Below are positions 1-10,125 of a stretch of DNA of 64,000 nucleotides, in pieces. Position numbers and translations under genes: made by a program. The first letter of the stretch is position 1. Every line of letters begins with the position of its first letter. The DNA is from Candidatus Poribacteria bacterium (GTDB lineage: Bacteria > Poribacteria > WGA-4E > WGA-3G), in contig CAXXLX010000001.1 in NCBI GenBank assembly GCA_963665235.2, forward strand, positions 160,001 through 224,000, read 5' to 3'. The notes below the pieces were generated by a model, which saw only the letters and a program-made list of their open reading frames with translations, was not told where the DNA came from and made no database searches.

Positions 1-1992
1 TGCTAATGCGATTTTGGCGATTTGCTGAGGAGTTTGTTGAACAACATTCCGGACGAGCACAAGTGGCTGCTGTGGAATCTGTGAGGCAAGGACGCGCGTA
101 TCCCATAAAAGAATGGTTCCACCATAAGCAGTAGCAAAAGTTTTTCCATCTGGTGAATATCCCGGTGTGATGTTTCTTAAATGCTGTTTTAGAATGATTT
201 TGCGTTTTCTCATGTCTGCATCCCAGAAATGTCCTTCGCCAATAGCACTTGCTGTTGCGATTGTATTTCCATCGGGAGAATACACAAGAGAACTATACCT
301 TTTTAGAACATTTTTTTCTTTTCCAGTGTCAGCGTTCCATAAACGTACCTCGCCTTCGCCTGTGCCACTTGCTGTTATGATAGTATTTCCATCGGGAGAG
401 TAGGCAACGAATGTGATATTTTTCGTATGTCCCTTTAAAGTATTTTTATGTTTTTCTGTGTGTGCATCCCATAAATATACTGCGTTCTGACTTGCAGACG
501 CAATAGTATTTCCATCGGGAGAGTAGGCAACGAATGTGATACTTTCCGCATGTTGCAGCTCTCCATCCCTCCAATCGCCATTGGTATTTTGAAGCTTTCC
601 TGTGTCTGTATCCCAAAGAAATACCTCGCTCCCAATTGCGGTAGCGATAGTTTTTCCATCGGGAGAATACGCTACAGAAGATATCCAATTTGTATCTCCT
701 TTTAGAGTAGTTTCGTGTTGTTTTCCTGTGCCTACATCCCAGAAATGTACCTCGCTCCCAATTGCGGTAGCGATAGTTTTTCCATCGGGAGAATATGTAA
801 GCGACTTGACAAAACCAAAGGAATCATAATCTTTAAAAAAATCTTTTTTGCGTGCACCTGTAACTGCATCCCACAAAATTACAATACCATCATATGAATG
901 TCTAGCAAGCGGATTTTCAATTGCGGTAGCGATAGTTTTTCCATCAGGAGAATACACAACTAAATCAGAAATAGGCATATGTTCTTTTAACGTACCAGTG
1001 TGTCTTCCTGTTTCTGCATCCCATAAACGCACCTCGCTCTGGCTTGCGGTAGCGATAGTTTTTCCATCGGGAGAATACGCAATGGAATCGACATAACCCC
1101 ACAATCCATATAAGTGTCCTTCTAACGTGTTTTTGTTTTTTCTTGTGCTGGCGTTATGCAAATGTGCTCTGCTTCCACTTGCAACTGCAAGTGTAGTACC
1201 GTCCGGAGAATACACAATAGAATGAATCCAGTGTGTATACCCTTTTAGAGTAGCTTTGTGTTTTCCGGTGACAGTATCCCATAAACGTCCCTTGCGATCG
1301 GCTCCTCCAGTAGCGAGAGTTTTTCCATCAGGCGAATACGCAACAGAATAGATATCGTCTGTATGCCCTTTTAGAGTAGCTTTGTGTTTTCCGGTGACAG
1401 CATCCCATAAATGCGCCTCTGTCCCACCTGCAGTAGTAATAGTTTTTCCATCTGGTGAATACGCAATGGAATTAATCACGCCGTGATCGTCTTTTAGAGT
1501 GGTTTTGTGTTTTCCGGTGACAGCATCCCATAAATGCGCCTCTGTCCCACCTGCAGTAGTAATAGTTTTTCCATCTGGTGAATACGCAATGGAATTAATC
1601 AGAAAGAAATCATCCTTTGTAGCCGCTATGAGTCTCGTTTTATATTCTCCTGTGTTTGTATTCCATAGATGTACATCTGTCCAATTTGCAGCTGCGAGTG
1701 TCATTCCATCAGGTGAGTACGCAATAGAAATTGCAGACCCCACATCCTCTATAAGCAGATCAAGTTCTTCGCCTGTGTGAGCGTCGTAGATCCAGATACC
1801 AATGGAACTACTTACAGCAAGTCGACTGCCATCTGGAGAGTACGCGATATTACTGGTTATGGTCCCTTTACCGATGCGTGCTGTAGCACCTGCGGGTAAA
1901 CCCAATTGCGTATAATCTGATAGAGATACATTTGGCAAGAACAACATGGAAGCACAAAATAGGGTGATTAGAAACAAACACTTCATTTTCAT
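1..1992 (-). CDS. Secreted WD40-repeat protein, runs off the left window edge (absent from the ORF track)
   Basis: Minus strand from ATG 1992 reads MKMKCLFLITLFCASMLFLPNVSLSDYTQLGLPAGATARIGKG..., then many AYSPDGKTIAT...LWD repeats. Same N-terminal LPxGAxARxGKG motif as the protein at 58137. Confidence 0.9.
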   Translation of the reverse strand, partial: MKMKCLFLITLFCASMLFLPNVSLSDYTQLGLPAGATARIGKGTITSNIAYSPDGSRLAVSSSIGIWIYDAHTGEELDLLIEDVGSAISIAYSPDGMTLAAANWTDVHLWNTNTGEYKTRLIAATKDDFFLINSIAYSPDGKTITTAGGTEAHLWDAVTGKHKTTLKDDHGVINSIAYSPDGKTITTAGGTEAHLWDAVTGKHKATLKGHTDDIYSVAYSPDGKTLATGGADRKGRLWDTVTGKHKATLKGYTHWIHSIVYSPDGTTLAVASGSRAHLHNASTRKNKNTLEGHLYGLWGYVDSIAYSPDGKTIATASQSEVRLWDAETGRHTGTLKEHMPISDLVVYSPDGKTIATAIENPLARHSYDGIVILWDAVTGARKKDFFKDYDSFGFVKSLTYSPDGKTIATAIGSEVHFWDVGTGKQHETTLKGDTNWISSVAYSPDGKTIATAIGSEVFLWDTDTGKLQNTNGDWRDGELQHAESITFVAYSPDGNTIASASQNAVYLWDAHTEKHKNTLKGHTKNITFVAYSPDGNTIITASGTGEGEVRLWNADTGKEKNVLKRYSSLVYSPDGNTIATASAIGEGHFWDADMRKRKIILKQHLRNITPGYSPDGKTFATAYGGTILLWDTRVLASQIPQQPLVLVRNVVQQTPQQIAKIALA
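1381..1601. repeat. Near-exact 120-bp-period duplication of one WD40 blade
   Basis: About 98 bp at 1381-1478 recur at about 1504-1601. Confidence 0.85.
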
Positions 1993-2142
1993 ACAATAAA
2001 ACTCCATCATACAATAAAACTCCATTAGGTTAGTAAGTTCATTGACACGCTGACAACACTTCGTAGATACATGCTAACATATCTCAACACAAAAATCAAA
2101 CCGTTTTTTAGAATTTCTCTGTCTTCTGTCTGTGGAATTCGC

Positions 2143-2171
2143 TTGACACCCTCTGCAAAACATGTTATCAT
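2143..2171 (+). promoter_or_regulatory. sigma70-like promoter
   Basis: TTGACA-N17-TATCAT upstream of the RBS (aggag) and ATG 2242. Confidence 0.6.
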
Positions 2172-2241
2172 GTTGCTAACAAAATATTCAATTTGCGCGA
2201 CAAACTATCTTCGCAACGACAGAGATAAAAAGGAGCATTTT

Positions 2242-4266
2242 ATGAAACACAAAGGCACAATAAACACCACCCCTACCCAGGCCGCTATGCTTGGCGAAGA
2301 TATTGCCGAAAAAGCACTAGCAGCGACGGTGTACCTGGAGATGCAGGATGAAAATGGCGAAACCTTGGGCAGCGGCAGCGGCTTCTTTGTGAAACCCAAC
2401 CTTATTGCTACCAACTATCATGTGATTGAAGGGGCAGCGAAAGGCACCGCAAAGTTGGTAGGTAAGGATGGGACATACAGCATTGAAGGCGTTACAGCAA
2501 CTGACAAAGACAACGACCTTGCACTCCTAAAGGTAACGGCACCCGGTATCAAACCGCTTTCTCTCGGAGATAGCGATACTGTCCGGATTGGTGAGATGGT
2601 TTACGTTGCAGGTAACCCGAAAGGTTTAGAAGGCACGTTCTCAGATGGACTTATTAGTAACCGCAGAGATGAGAACACAAATGAGCGATTGCAGATGACT
2701 GCACCGATTTCTAAGGGCAGCAGTGGCGGCCCTGTGCTAAACCGTAAGGGGGAAGTTATTGGCGTGTCCGTTTCTGTTCACCGCGCTTTGGATGCCCAGA
2801 ATCTCAACTTTGCAATCCCAGCAAAATATCTCAAGGAACTGTTGAAACAGGAGAAGCCAGCAAAACCTTTCCCACAAACTATATCTGCCCAGACCTACTT
2901 TCAGCGGGGAAATCTGAAGTATTTATCAGGAGATTACGTAGGGGCCATTGCAGACTGGACTGAAGCTGTCCGGTTAAAACCTGATTTTGCCGAGGCATAC
3001 TACAATAGGGGATATGTGAAGGCTCAGTTAGGACAACATGTTTCTGCGATTGCGGATTATGACACCGCTATCAGACTAAAACCCGATCATGCTAAAGCAT
3101 ACAACAATAGAGGACTTGCGAAGTGGCGGTTAGGACAACCCTCTGCTGCGATTTCGGATTATGACACCGCCATCCGACTCAAACCAGATGATGCCATTGC
3201 ATACAACAATAGGGGAAATGCGAAGGCTGATGTAGGACAGCACGCTGCTGCGATTTCAGATTTTGACACCGCCATCCGACTCAAACCTGATTATGCCGAG
3301 GCATACAACAATAGGGGAGTTACGAAGTATCAGTTAGGACAACCCCCTGCTGCGATTTCGGATTATGACACCGCCATCCGACTCAAACCTGATTATGCCG
3401 AAGCATACAACAATAGGGGACTTGCGAAGGCTCAGTTAGGACAACCCTCTGCTGCGATTTCAGATTTTGACACCACTATCCGACTCAAACCCGATTTTGC
3501 CGATGCATACTACAACCGGGGAAATGCGAAGTATCAGTTAGGTCAACACTTTTCTGCGATTTCAGATTATGACACCGCTATCCGACTCAACCCGGATGAT
3601 GCCATTGCATACAACAATAGGGGAAATGCGAAGTGGCGGTTAGGTCAACACTTTTCTGCGATTTCAGATTATGACACCGCTATCCAGCTCAAACCTGATT
3701 ACGCCGAAGCATACTATAATCGGGGATTTGCGAAGGCTCAGTTAGGACAACTCCCTGCTGCGATTTCGGATTATGACACCGCCATCCGACTCAAACCTGA
3801 TTATGCCAAAGCATACATGAATAGGGGAATTGCAAAGGGACAGTTGGGACAGTCCTTTTCTGCGATTTCGGATTTTGATAGTGCCATCCAGCTCAAACCT
3901 GATTATGCCGAGGCATACTACAATCGGGGATTTGCAAAGGTTGGTTTAGAACAACCCTCTGCTGCGATTTCGGATTATGACACCGCCATCCGACTCAAAC
4001 CTGATTATGCCGAGGCATACATAAATAGCGGAGCAGCAAAGGTTTTATTAGGACAGCACCTTGCTGCGATTACGGATTATGACATCACTATCAGACTAAA
4101 ACCTGATAATGTTGAAGCATACTTCAATAGGGGAATTGCAAAGGTTTTATTAGGTCGTACGGAGGAAGCAAAGCAGGATATCCGCACGGCTCTGAGACTC
4201 GCTAAGCGAGCTGGGGATAAGAGTTTAGCAGATAAAATTGAAGAGTTCCTTCGTACTCTCAATTAA
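2242..4266 (+). CDS. Trypsin-like (S1) serine protease with about 13 C-terminal TPR repeats
   Basis: GSGFF, TNYHV, DLALL and ISKGSSGGP catalytic motifs; 34-aa TPR units (AYNNRG...AISDYDTAIRLKPD). Start moved to ATG 2242 after aggag. Confidence 0.9.
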   Translation: MKHKGTINTTPTQAAMLGEDIAEKALAATVYLEMQDENGETLGSGSGFFVKPNLIATNYHVIEGAAKGTAKLVGKDGTYSIEGVTATDKDNDLALLKVTAPGIKPLSLGDSDTVRIGEMVYVAGNPKGLEGTFSDGLISNRRDENTNERLQMTAPISKGSSGGPVLNRKGEVIGVSVSVHRALDAQNLNFAIPAKYLKELLKQEKPAKPFPQTISAQTYFQRGNLKYLSGDYVGAIADWTEAVRLKPDFAEAYYNRGYVKAQLGQHVSAIADYDTAIRLKPDHAKAYNNRGLAKWRLGQPSAAISDYDTAIRLKPDDAIAYNNRGNAKADVGQHAAAISDFDTAIRLKPDYAEAYNNRGVTKYQLGQPPAAISDYDTAIRLKPDYAEAYNNRGLAKAQLGQPSAAISDFDTTIRLKPDFADAYYNRGNAKYQLGQHFSAISDYDTAIRLNPDDAIAYNNRGNAKWRLGQHFSAISDYDTAIQLKPDYAEAYYNRGFAKAQLGQLPAAISDYDTAIRLKPDYAKAYMNRGIAKGQLGQSFSAISDFDSAIQLKPDYAEAYYNRGFAKVGLEQPSAAISDYDTAIRLKPDYAEAYINSGAAKVLLGQHLAAITDYDITIRLKPDNVEAYFNRGIAKVLLGRTEEAKQDIRTALRLAKRAGDKSLADKIEEFLRTLN

Positions 4267-4589
4267 CTGTCTGAATATTCGCGCTGTGTGTTATCTAAAC
4301 CAAACCAATAGCGAAAATACTGCCATCCGGATTCAGGCAAAAACGCTATGTCCTTAATCACAAAACCGTGATGAACATATATCTTAAAATCTGCGTCCTC
4401 CGTGATAATCCGCGATTTGCGGCGTACTCGTCCAAATGCGACGTGCATTCTGACAACTTCTGGCACTTCCCCTCTTCCCCCTATCCCTGTACACATCTTC
4501 CTAGAATTTAATAACGTTTGACAGAAACGTGTCTATCTGATACTCTAATAGTAAAACTGATACATTCCTAAATTTTGGGAGATATTTCT

Positions 4590-5627
4590 ATGTATAAAAG
4601 TGCGATGTTAGGGTGCGGCGGTCGTGCCCGTTCACATGCGAGCGCGTACCGGTTTGTCAAAGGCGGCAAAATCGGTGCTATATGCGACATGAACGAAGAC
4701 CTACTTAACCGTTTCGGTGATGACTTCGACATCTCTGCACGGTACACGGACCTAGACGAGATGCTTGAAAAGGAGAAACCAGATCTGCTTCATATTGTCA
4801 CAGCACCGGTGTTACGCGGAACGAACCAACGTATTCGGTATCCGCTGATGAAGCAAGCCTCCGACCACGGTGTGCCTGCAGCGATTGTGGAGAAACCGAT
4901 TGCCGTTGAAAGTGAAGATTGGAAACAGATAGCCGGGCTGGCTGAAGAGACCAATACCAAGTTCATTGTCAACACGCAACTCAACTTTCACCCGAAAAAC
5001 CTTGAACTCAAACGCGATGTAGCGGAGGGTAAAATTGGTGAACTTAAGTTTATCGACGCAAGCGCGCGAAGTACCCCCGTCGACCAGGGGCCACACGTCC
5101 TTCAATTAGTGTCGTCCTACATTGATAACTCACGTCCGACACGGGTATTAGGGCAAATTTCTGGGCGCGAGCATCTCGATTCAGCACAACCCTCTCCGAT
5201 GCATGCTGCTGGGCATGTGCTATATGAAAACGGACTTCACGTCTCTGTTGCATTTGGACAAGGCGTGGGTACGATGGCATCCGATAATCAAGGTATTTAT
5301 TGCCACAAACGTGTTTTTGTTGTCGGTACGAAAGGTTTTGTGCATTGGCGGTTCAGCAGCTGGGAACGCGCAACCCCCGAAGGCGGATACGAGGGCGGTC
5401 CTCTCAACTACGGGGAACAGGATACTGAAGCACAGGGAAATCTGACAGAGGCGGCTTTTGACTGGCTTGACGATGAAAACAACGTGCATCCAACGCATCT
5501 CAAACAATCCCTCGCTGAGTTTAACCTGCTCTTAGGTATGTACTATAGCGGGATAACTAACCAGATTATTGACCTACCCTTTGAACCTCCGGATGGGTTA
5601 ATGGATTCGCTCAGAGAGCAGCTGTAA
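4590..5627 (+). CDS. Gfo/Idh/MocA oxidoreductase, paralog 1
   Basis: GCGGRA Rossmann motif, EKP motif. Confidence 0.85.
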   Translation: MYKSAMLGCGGRARSHASAYRFVKGGKIGAICDMNEDLLNRFGDDFDISARYTDLDEMLEKEKPDLLHIVTAPVLRGTNQRIRYPLMKQASDHGVPAAIVEKPIAVESEDWKQIAGLAEETNTKFIVNTQLNFHPKNLELKRDVAEGKIGELKFIDASARSTPVDQGPHVLQLVSSYIDNSRPTRVLGQISGREHLDSAQPSPMHAAGHVLYENGLHVSVAFGQGVGTMASDNQGIYCHKRVFVVGTKGFVHWRFSSWERATPEGGYEGGPLNYGEQDTEAQGNLTEAAFDWLDDENNVHPTHLKQSLAEFNLLLGMYYSGITNQIIDLPFEPPDGLMDSLREQL

Positions 5628-5643
5628 CACAGCAAAACGGTGC

Positions 5644-5668
5644 GGTGGCGGCCCGATGGGTTGCCACC
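5644..5668 (+). terminator. Intergenic hairpin (terminator- or REP-like)
   Basis: ggtggcggcc-cgatggg-ttgccacc; homologous hairpin at about 6803-6827. Confidence 0.4.
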
Positions 5669-5748
5669 TGCGAATTGGACAGTTCTAAGTTTATGTGTTT
5701 TTGTCGGGTTCATTCAACTCGACCTACAAACTATAAGGAGACATTTCC

Positions 5749-6786
5749 ATGTATAAAAGTGCGATGTTAGGGTGCGGTGGTCGTGCCCGTGCACATGCAA
5801 GTGCATACCGATTTGTCAAAGGCGGCAAAATCGGTGCTATATGCGACATGAACGAAGACCTACTTAACCGCTTCGGTGATGACTTCGACATCTCTGCACG
5901 GTATACAAACCTGGACGAGATGCTCGAAAAAGAGAAACCAGATCTGCTTCATATTGTCACAGCACCAGTGCTGCGTGGGACAAACCAACGTATTCGGTAT
6001 CCGTTGATGAAGCAAGCCTCCGACCACGGCGTGCCTGCGGCGATTGTCGAGAAACCGATTGCGGTTGAAAGTGAAGACTGGAAACAAATTGCCGGGCTGG
6101 CAGAGGAGACAAAGACGAAGTTCATTGTCAACACGCAACTCAACTTTCACCCGCAAAACCTTGAACTCAAACGTGATGTAGCGGAGGGTAAAATCGGCGA
6201 ACTTAAGTTTATCGACGCAAGCGCGCGAAGCACACCGGTCGATCAGGCCCCCCATGTGCTCCAATTGGTGTCATCTTATATTGACAATTCCCGCCCGACG
6301 CGGGTATTAGGCCAAATTGCGGGGAGAGAACAGCTCGATTCGGCACAACCCTCTCCGATGCATGCTGCTGGACATGTGCTATATGAAAACGGGCTCCATG
6401 TCTCCGTTGCGTTTGGCACCGGCATGGGAACGTTGGCATCGGACAGCGGAAGCACGGTTGCACATAAACGTGTTTTTGTTGTTGGTACGAAAGGTTTCGT
6501 GCATTGGCGGTTCAGCAGCTGGGAACGCGCAACCCCTGAAGGCGGATATGAGGGCGGGCCTCTCAACTACGGTGAACAGGATATTGCCGCACAAGGAAAT
6601 CTGACAGAGGCGGCTTTTGACTGGCTTGACGATGAAAACAACGTGCATCCCACACATCTCAAGCAATCCCTCGCCGAATTCAACCTGCTCTTAGGCATTT
6701 ACTATAGCGGGATAACCAACCAGATTATTGACCTACCCTTTGAGCCGCCGGATGGGTTAATGAATTCGCTCAAGGAACATTTGTAA
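5749..6786 (+). CDS. Gfo/Idh/MocA oxidoreductase, paralog 2
   Basis: Near-identical to paralog 1; RBS aaggag. Confidence 0.85.
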   Translation: MYKSAMLGCGGRARAHASAYRFVKGGKIGAICDMNEDLLNRFGDDFDISARYTNLDEMLEKEKPDLLHIVTAPVLRGTNQRIRYPLMKQASDHGVPAAIVEKPIAVESEDWKQIAGLAEETKTKFIVNTQLNFHPQNLELKRDVAEGKIGELKFIDASARSTPVDQAPHVLQLVSSYIDNSRPTRVLGQIAGREQLDSAQPSPMHAAGHVLYENGLHVSVAFGTGMGTLASDSGSTVAHKRVFVVGTKGFVHWRFSSWERATPEGGYEGGPLNYGEQDIAAQGNLTEAAFDWLDDENNVHPTHLKQSLAEFNLLLGIYYSGITNQIIDLPFEPPDGLMNSLKEHL

Positions 6787-6860
6787 AACAGTAGAACAAG
6801 GTGGTGGCGGCCTGACAGGCTGCCACCGTCTGTAGCAGGACGATAAAGGAGACATTTTTT

Positions 6861-7898
6861 ATGTATAAAACAGCGATGTTAGGGTGTGGCGGTCGTGCCC
6901 GTGCGCATGCAGACGCATATCGCTTTGTCGAAGGCGGTAAAATCGCGGCAATCTGTGATATGAACGAGGAATTGCTGAATAGGTTCGGTGACGACTTCAA
7001 TATCTCTTCACGGTACACAGATTTAGATCAGATGCTTGAAAAGGAGAAACCGGATGTGCTCCATATTGTCACAGCACCGGTGTTACGCGGCAGCAATGAG
7101 CGTATTCGGTATCCGCTGATGAAGCAAGCCTCTGACCACGGCGTGCCTGCAGCGATTGTCGAGAAACCGATTGCCGTTGAAAGTGAAGATTGGAAACAGA
7201 TAGCCGGGCTGGCTGAAGAGACGAAAACGAAGTTTGTCGTCAACACACAACTCAACTTTCACCCGCAAAACCTTGAACTGAAACAGGATGTAGCGGAGGG
7301 TAAAATCGGCGAACTTAAGTTCATCGACGCAAGCGCGCGAAGCACACCGGTCGACCAGGGGCCGCACGTGTTACAACTTGTCTCTTCCTATATTGATAAT
7401 TCGCGGCCTGTGCGGGTGCTTGGGCAAATTTCTGGCGGGGGGCATTTAGATTCAGCGCAGCCTTCTCCACAATACGCCGCAGCGCGTGTTCAGTACGAAA
7501 ACGGGCTCCATGTCGCTGTTGCATTCGGCACAGCCATTGCTCCTTCCGCGTCGGATGACCCGACCGTCTTTTTTCACAAGCGCGTTTTTGTCATCGGCAC
7601 AGATGGGTTTGTCCATTGGCGATTTAGCAGCTGGGAACGTTCAACGCGAGACGGCGGCTATGAGGGCGGCCCGCTCAACTATGGGGAGCAAGATGTCATT
7701 GCACAAGGCAATCTCACCAACGCTGTTTTCGATTGGCTTGATGATGAAAACAACGTGCATCCCACACATCTCAAGCAATCCCTCGCGGAATTCAATCTGC
7801 TCTTAGGTATTTACTATAGCGGAATAACCAACGAGGTGATTGAATTGCCTTTTGAACCCCCAGATGGGCTGATGGATATGCTCAGAGAGCGGTTGTAA
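6861..7898 (+). CDS. Gfo/Idh/MocA oxidoreductase, paralog 3
   Basis: Same motifs; RBS aaggag. Confidence 0.85.
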   Translation: MYKTAMLGCGGRARAHADAYRFVEGGKIAAICDMNEELLNRFGDDFNISSRYTDLDQMLEKEKPDVLHIVTAPVLRGSNERIRYPLMKQASDHGVPAAIVEKPIAVESEDWKQIAGLAEETKTKFVVNTQLNFHPQNLELKQDVAEGKIGELKFIDASARSTPVDQGPHVLQLVSSYIDNSRPVRVLGQISGGGHLDSAQPSPQYAAARVQYENGLHVAVAFGTAIAPSASDDPTVFFHKRVFVIGTDGFVHWRFSSWERSTRDGGYEGGPLNYGEQDVIAQGNLTNAVFDWLDDENNVHPTHLKQSLAEFNLLLGIYYSGITNEVIELPFEPPDGLMDMLRERL

Positions 7899-7908
7899 CG
7901 TGTGTGTA

Positions 7909-7942
7909 TCCGTAGTCTCATGTAGCAAATTGAGACTACGGA
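7909..7942 (+). terminator. Hairpin after the oxidoreductase trio
   Basis: tccgtagtctca-N10-tgagactacgga, perfect 12-bp stem. Confidence 0.5.
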
Positions 7943-8015
7943 TATTCCGTTGAAATCGGGGTGTATTGTATGTTATCATTACCTTAAGAAACCCATCTTG
8001 TAGAGGAGAAAAGTT

Positions 8016-10055
8016 ATGCCAGAACTGATCCAAGGTGTTGTGGATACCTATTACAATAGAGATTTTGCCGGCGTGAAAAGAGAAGACGATGCAACAAGAC
8101 ATAACACCCAAGGCATCGCTTACAGTAAAGACGGTGAGCACACACGCGCAATCGAAGCCTTCAATAGCGCGTTAAAACTGGATCCGCATTTTGCTGGGGC
8201 GTATTACAATCGAGGCAATGTTTACGCCAAAAAACGCGATTTTGATAACGCTATCAGCGACTATACAGAAGCAATAAAACGCAAACCCGAGCTTGTCGAG
8301 GCATATAATGAGCGGGGTCTTGCTTACTACAATAAAGGCGATTTTGATAACGCCATAAACGACTTTATCCAAGCGATAGAACTTCAACCTGATTGTGCTG
8401 AGGCGTATAACAATCTTGGTGCTGCTTATGCCAAGAAAAACAACCTTGATAACGCTATAGAAAATTATAACATATCAATAGGGCTAAATAGAAAGTTTGC
8501 CGAGGCATATTATAATCGTGGCACTGCTTACTACAACAAAAGCGATTTTGATAACGCCATAAACGACTATACAAACGCAATAAAACACAAATCTGATAAT
8601 GCCGAGGCGTATTACAATCGGGGGGTTGTTTACGCCAACAAACGCGAACTTGATAACGCCATAAACGACTATACGGAAGTAATAAAACGCAAACCCGATT
8701 TTGCCCTGGCGTATAACAATCGAGGCAGTGTTTATAGCGTAAAAGGTGAGGGTGAGCTTGCGATAGAAGACTATACCAAAGCGATAGAATTGAATTCAGA
8801 GCTTCCCGAGCCTTTTTACAATCGCGGTATAGCATGGATAAGATTAAAAGAATGGGAAAAAGCCAAAGCAGACCTCACGACTGCCAAGAAAATGGGCTTG
8901 GATATTGTTGCCCTATTCCATAACGCGTATAGAAGCGTTGAGAGATTTGAGAAACACTTCGGTTTTAAGTTGCCAGAAGATGTTGCACACCTCTTGATAG
9001 AACGTCGGCGAGATCGCTATCCGAAGACACAAAGTATTTTGGATGCGAACGGTAACCCCCTTGAATACCCAGCTGTGCTGAATTTGCTTTCGCGGCTTCG
9101 GAATGCTGGCATGCCGTTAGGTGAGTACGTCGAAGCAAAACCTGCTTTCGGTATCAACACAACGCCAACCGACATTTTCGTTGTAGATAAAGCGGTGCGA
9201 GATGAACTCGTTGCCTCACACCCTAGCTCCGCAGAAATTTTGAAACCGTTTTTGCATGGCGAGGATATAAGACGTTGGCATCTTGACACCCCGCATCGGT
9301 GGTTAATCTTTGTACACCGGGGCATAGCAATTAACGATTACCCTGCCATCTTGGCGTATTTGGAAAAACATAGAGAACGACTGAGCCAAAGAAAAGGCAA
9401 ACAGGCATGGTATGAGTTGGCAGCGTCTCCTGACGATGCGGAGCGTTTTGCACAACCGAAGCTGGTTTGTCCAAACACCTATAACCATCAGACCTTCGCG
9501 GTTGATACAGCGGGTTATTATTACGGTAAAACCGCCTATCTGATACCGACATCGGAAAAATGGTTATGCGGTCTCCTCAATTCCCGGACTGTGGAGTGGT
9601 TTTATTCGCAAGTGTCAAAGCAGCTAACCATTGATTGGCTTCGGGCGCGAAGTGGTTACATCCAACAAATCCCTGTTCCGGACATCACGTTAACACAGAA
9701 GGCACTGATTGGCAAAATCGTTGATTACCTAATCTATCTTCAGCAGCAACCAACGATAAACAGCAAGGATTTGAAGTACGCCCGTGACCGCGTGATGCTC
9801 GGGTATTTTGAGCGAGTCATTGATGGTTTGGTTTATGAGGCGTATCTGCCTGACGAGCTGCATAAAAGTGATAAGCATTTCCTGCAACCGTTGTTAGATG
9901 AAGAGTTACCACCAATTGAAGATATTGAGGGTGATAAGATGTCTCTGTTCCGAGACATCTTTGAGCTTCTCTATGAAAAAACACATCCCATTCGGCGAAA
10001 CCTTTTCTTTTTAGATAGTGTAAAACCGGTCCGTATCATTGAGGGTAAACTATGA
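8016..10055 (+). CDS. TPR-repeat protein fused to a TaqI_C/Eco57I-like restriction-modification specificity region
   Basis: About 8 TPRs, then LKPFLHGEDIRRW...WLIF...YPAILAYLEKHRERL...WYEL...F.QPKLV...WLCGLLNS, typical of the C-terminal part of type II(G) RM enzymes. No FxGxG or NPPY motif. Confidence 0.75.
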   Translation: MPELIQGVVDTYYNRDFAGVKREDDATRHNTQGIAYSKDGEHTRAIEAFNSALKLDPHFAGAYYNRGNVYAKKRDFDNAISDYTEAIKRKPELVEAYNERGLAYYNKGDFDNAINDFIQAIELQPDCAEAYNNLGAAYAKKNNLDNAIENYNISIGLNRKFAEAYYNRGTAYYNKSDFDNAINDYTNAIKHKSDNAEAYYNRGVVYANKRELDNAINDYTEVIKRKPDFALAYNNRGSVYSVKGEGELAIEDYTKAIELNSELPEPFYNRGIAWIRLKEWEKAKADLTTAKKMGLDIVALFHNAYRSVERFEKHFGFKLPEDVAHLLIERRRDRYPKTQSILDANGNPLEYPAVLNLLSRLRNAGMPLGEYVEAKPAFGINTTPTDIFVVDKAVRDELVASHPSSAEILKPFLHGEDIRRWHLDTPHRWLIFVHRGIAINDYPAILAYLEKHRERLSQRKGKQAWYELAASPDDAERFAQPKLVCPNTYNHQTFAVDTAGYYYGKTAYLIPTSEKWLCGLLNSRTVEWFYSQVSKQLTIDWLRARSGYIQQIPVPDITLTQKALIGKIVDYLIYLQQQPTINSKDLKYARDRVMLGYFERVIDGLVYEAYLPDELHKSDKHFLQPLLDEELPPIEDIEGDKMSLFRDIFELLYEKTHPIRRNLFFLDSVKPVRIIEGKL

Positions 10056-10108
10056 GAATTACCGACATTGAGATTAAAAACTTCAGAGCCTTTCCGAAGA
10101 CGTATAAA
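10052..10108 (+). pseudogene. 5' remnant of an ABC/AAA (RecF/SMC/OLD-like) ATPase gene cut by the IS
   Basis: ATGA overlap with the upstream stop; MRITDIEIKNFRAFPKTYK matches the classic N-terminus of such ATPases. Confidence 0.55.
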
Positions 10109-10125
10109 TTGACATACTCCCCCAG

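Noticed and set aside
167-1780. Plus-strand ORFs with VFPSGEY repeats
   Set aside because: Antisense shadows of the minus-strand WD40 gene.
2880-4150. Diversity-generating retroelement behind the TPR or oxidoreductase variation
   Set aside because: No reverse transcriptase, and no template/variable repeat pair with adenine-specific differences was seen.
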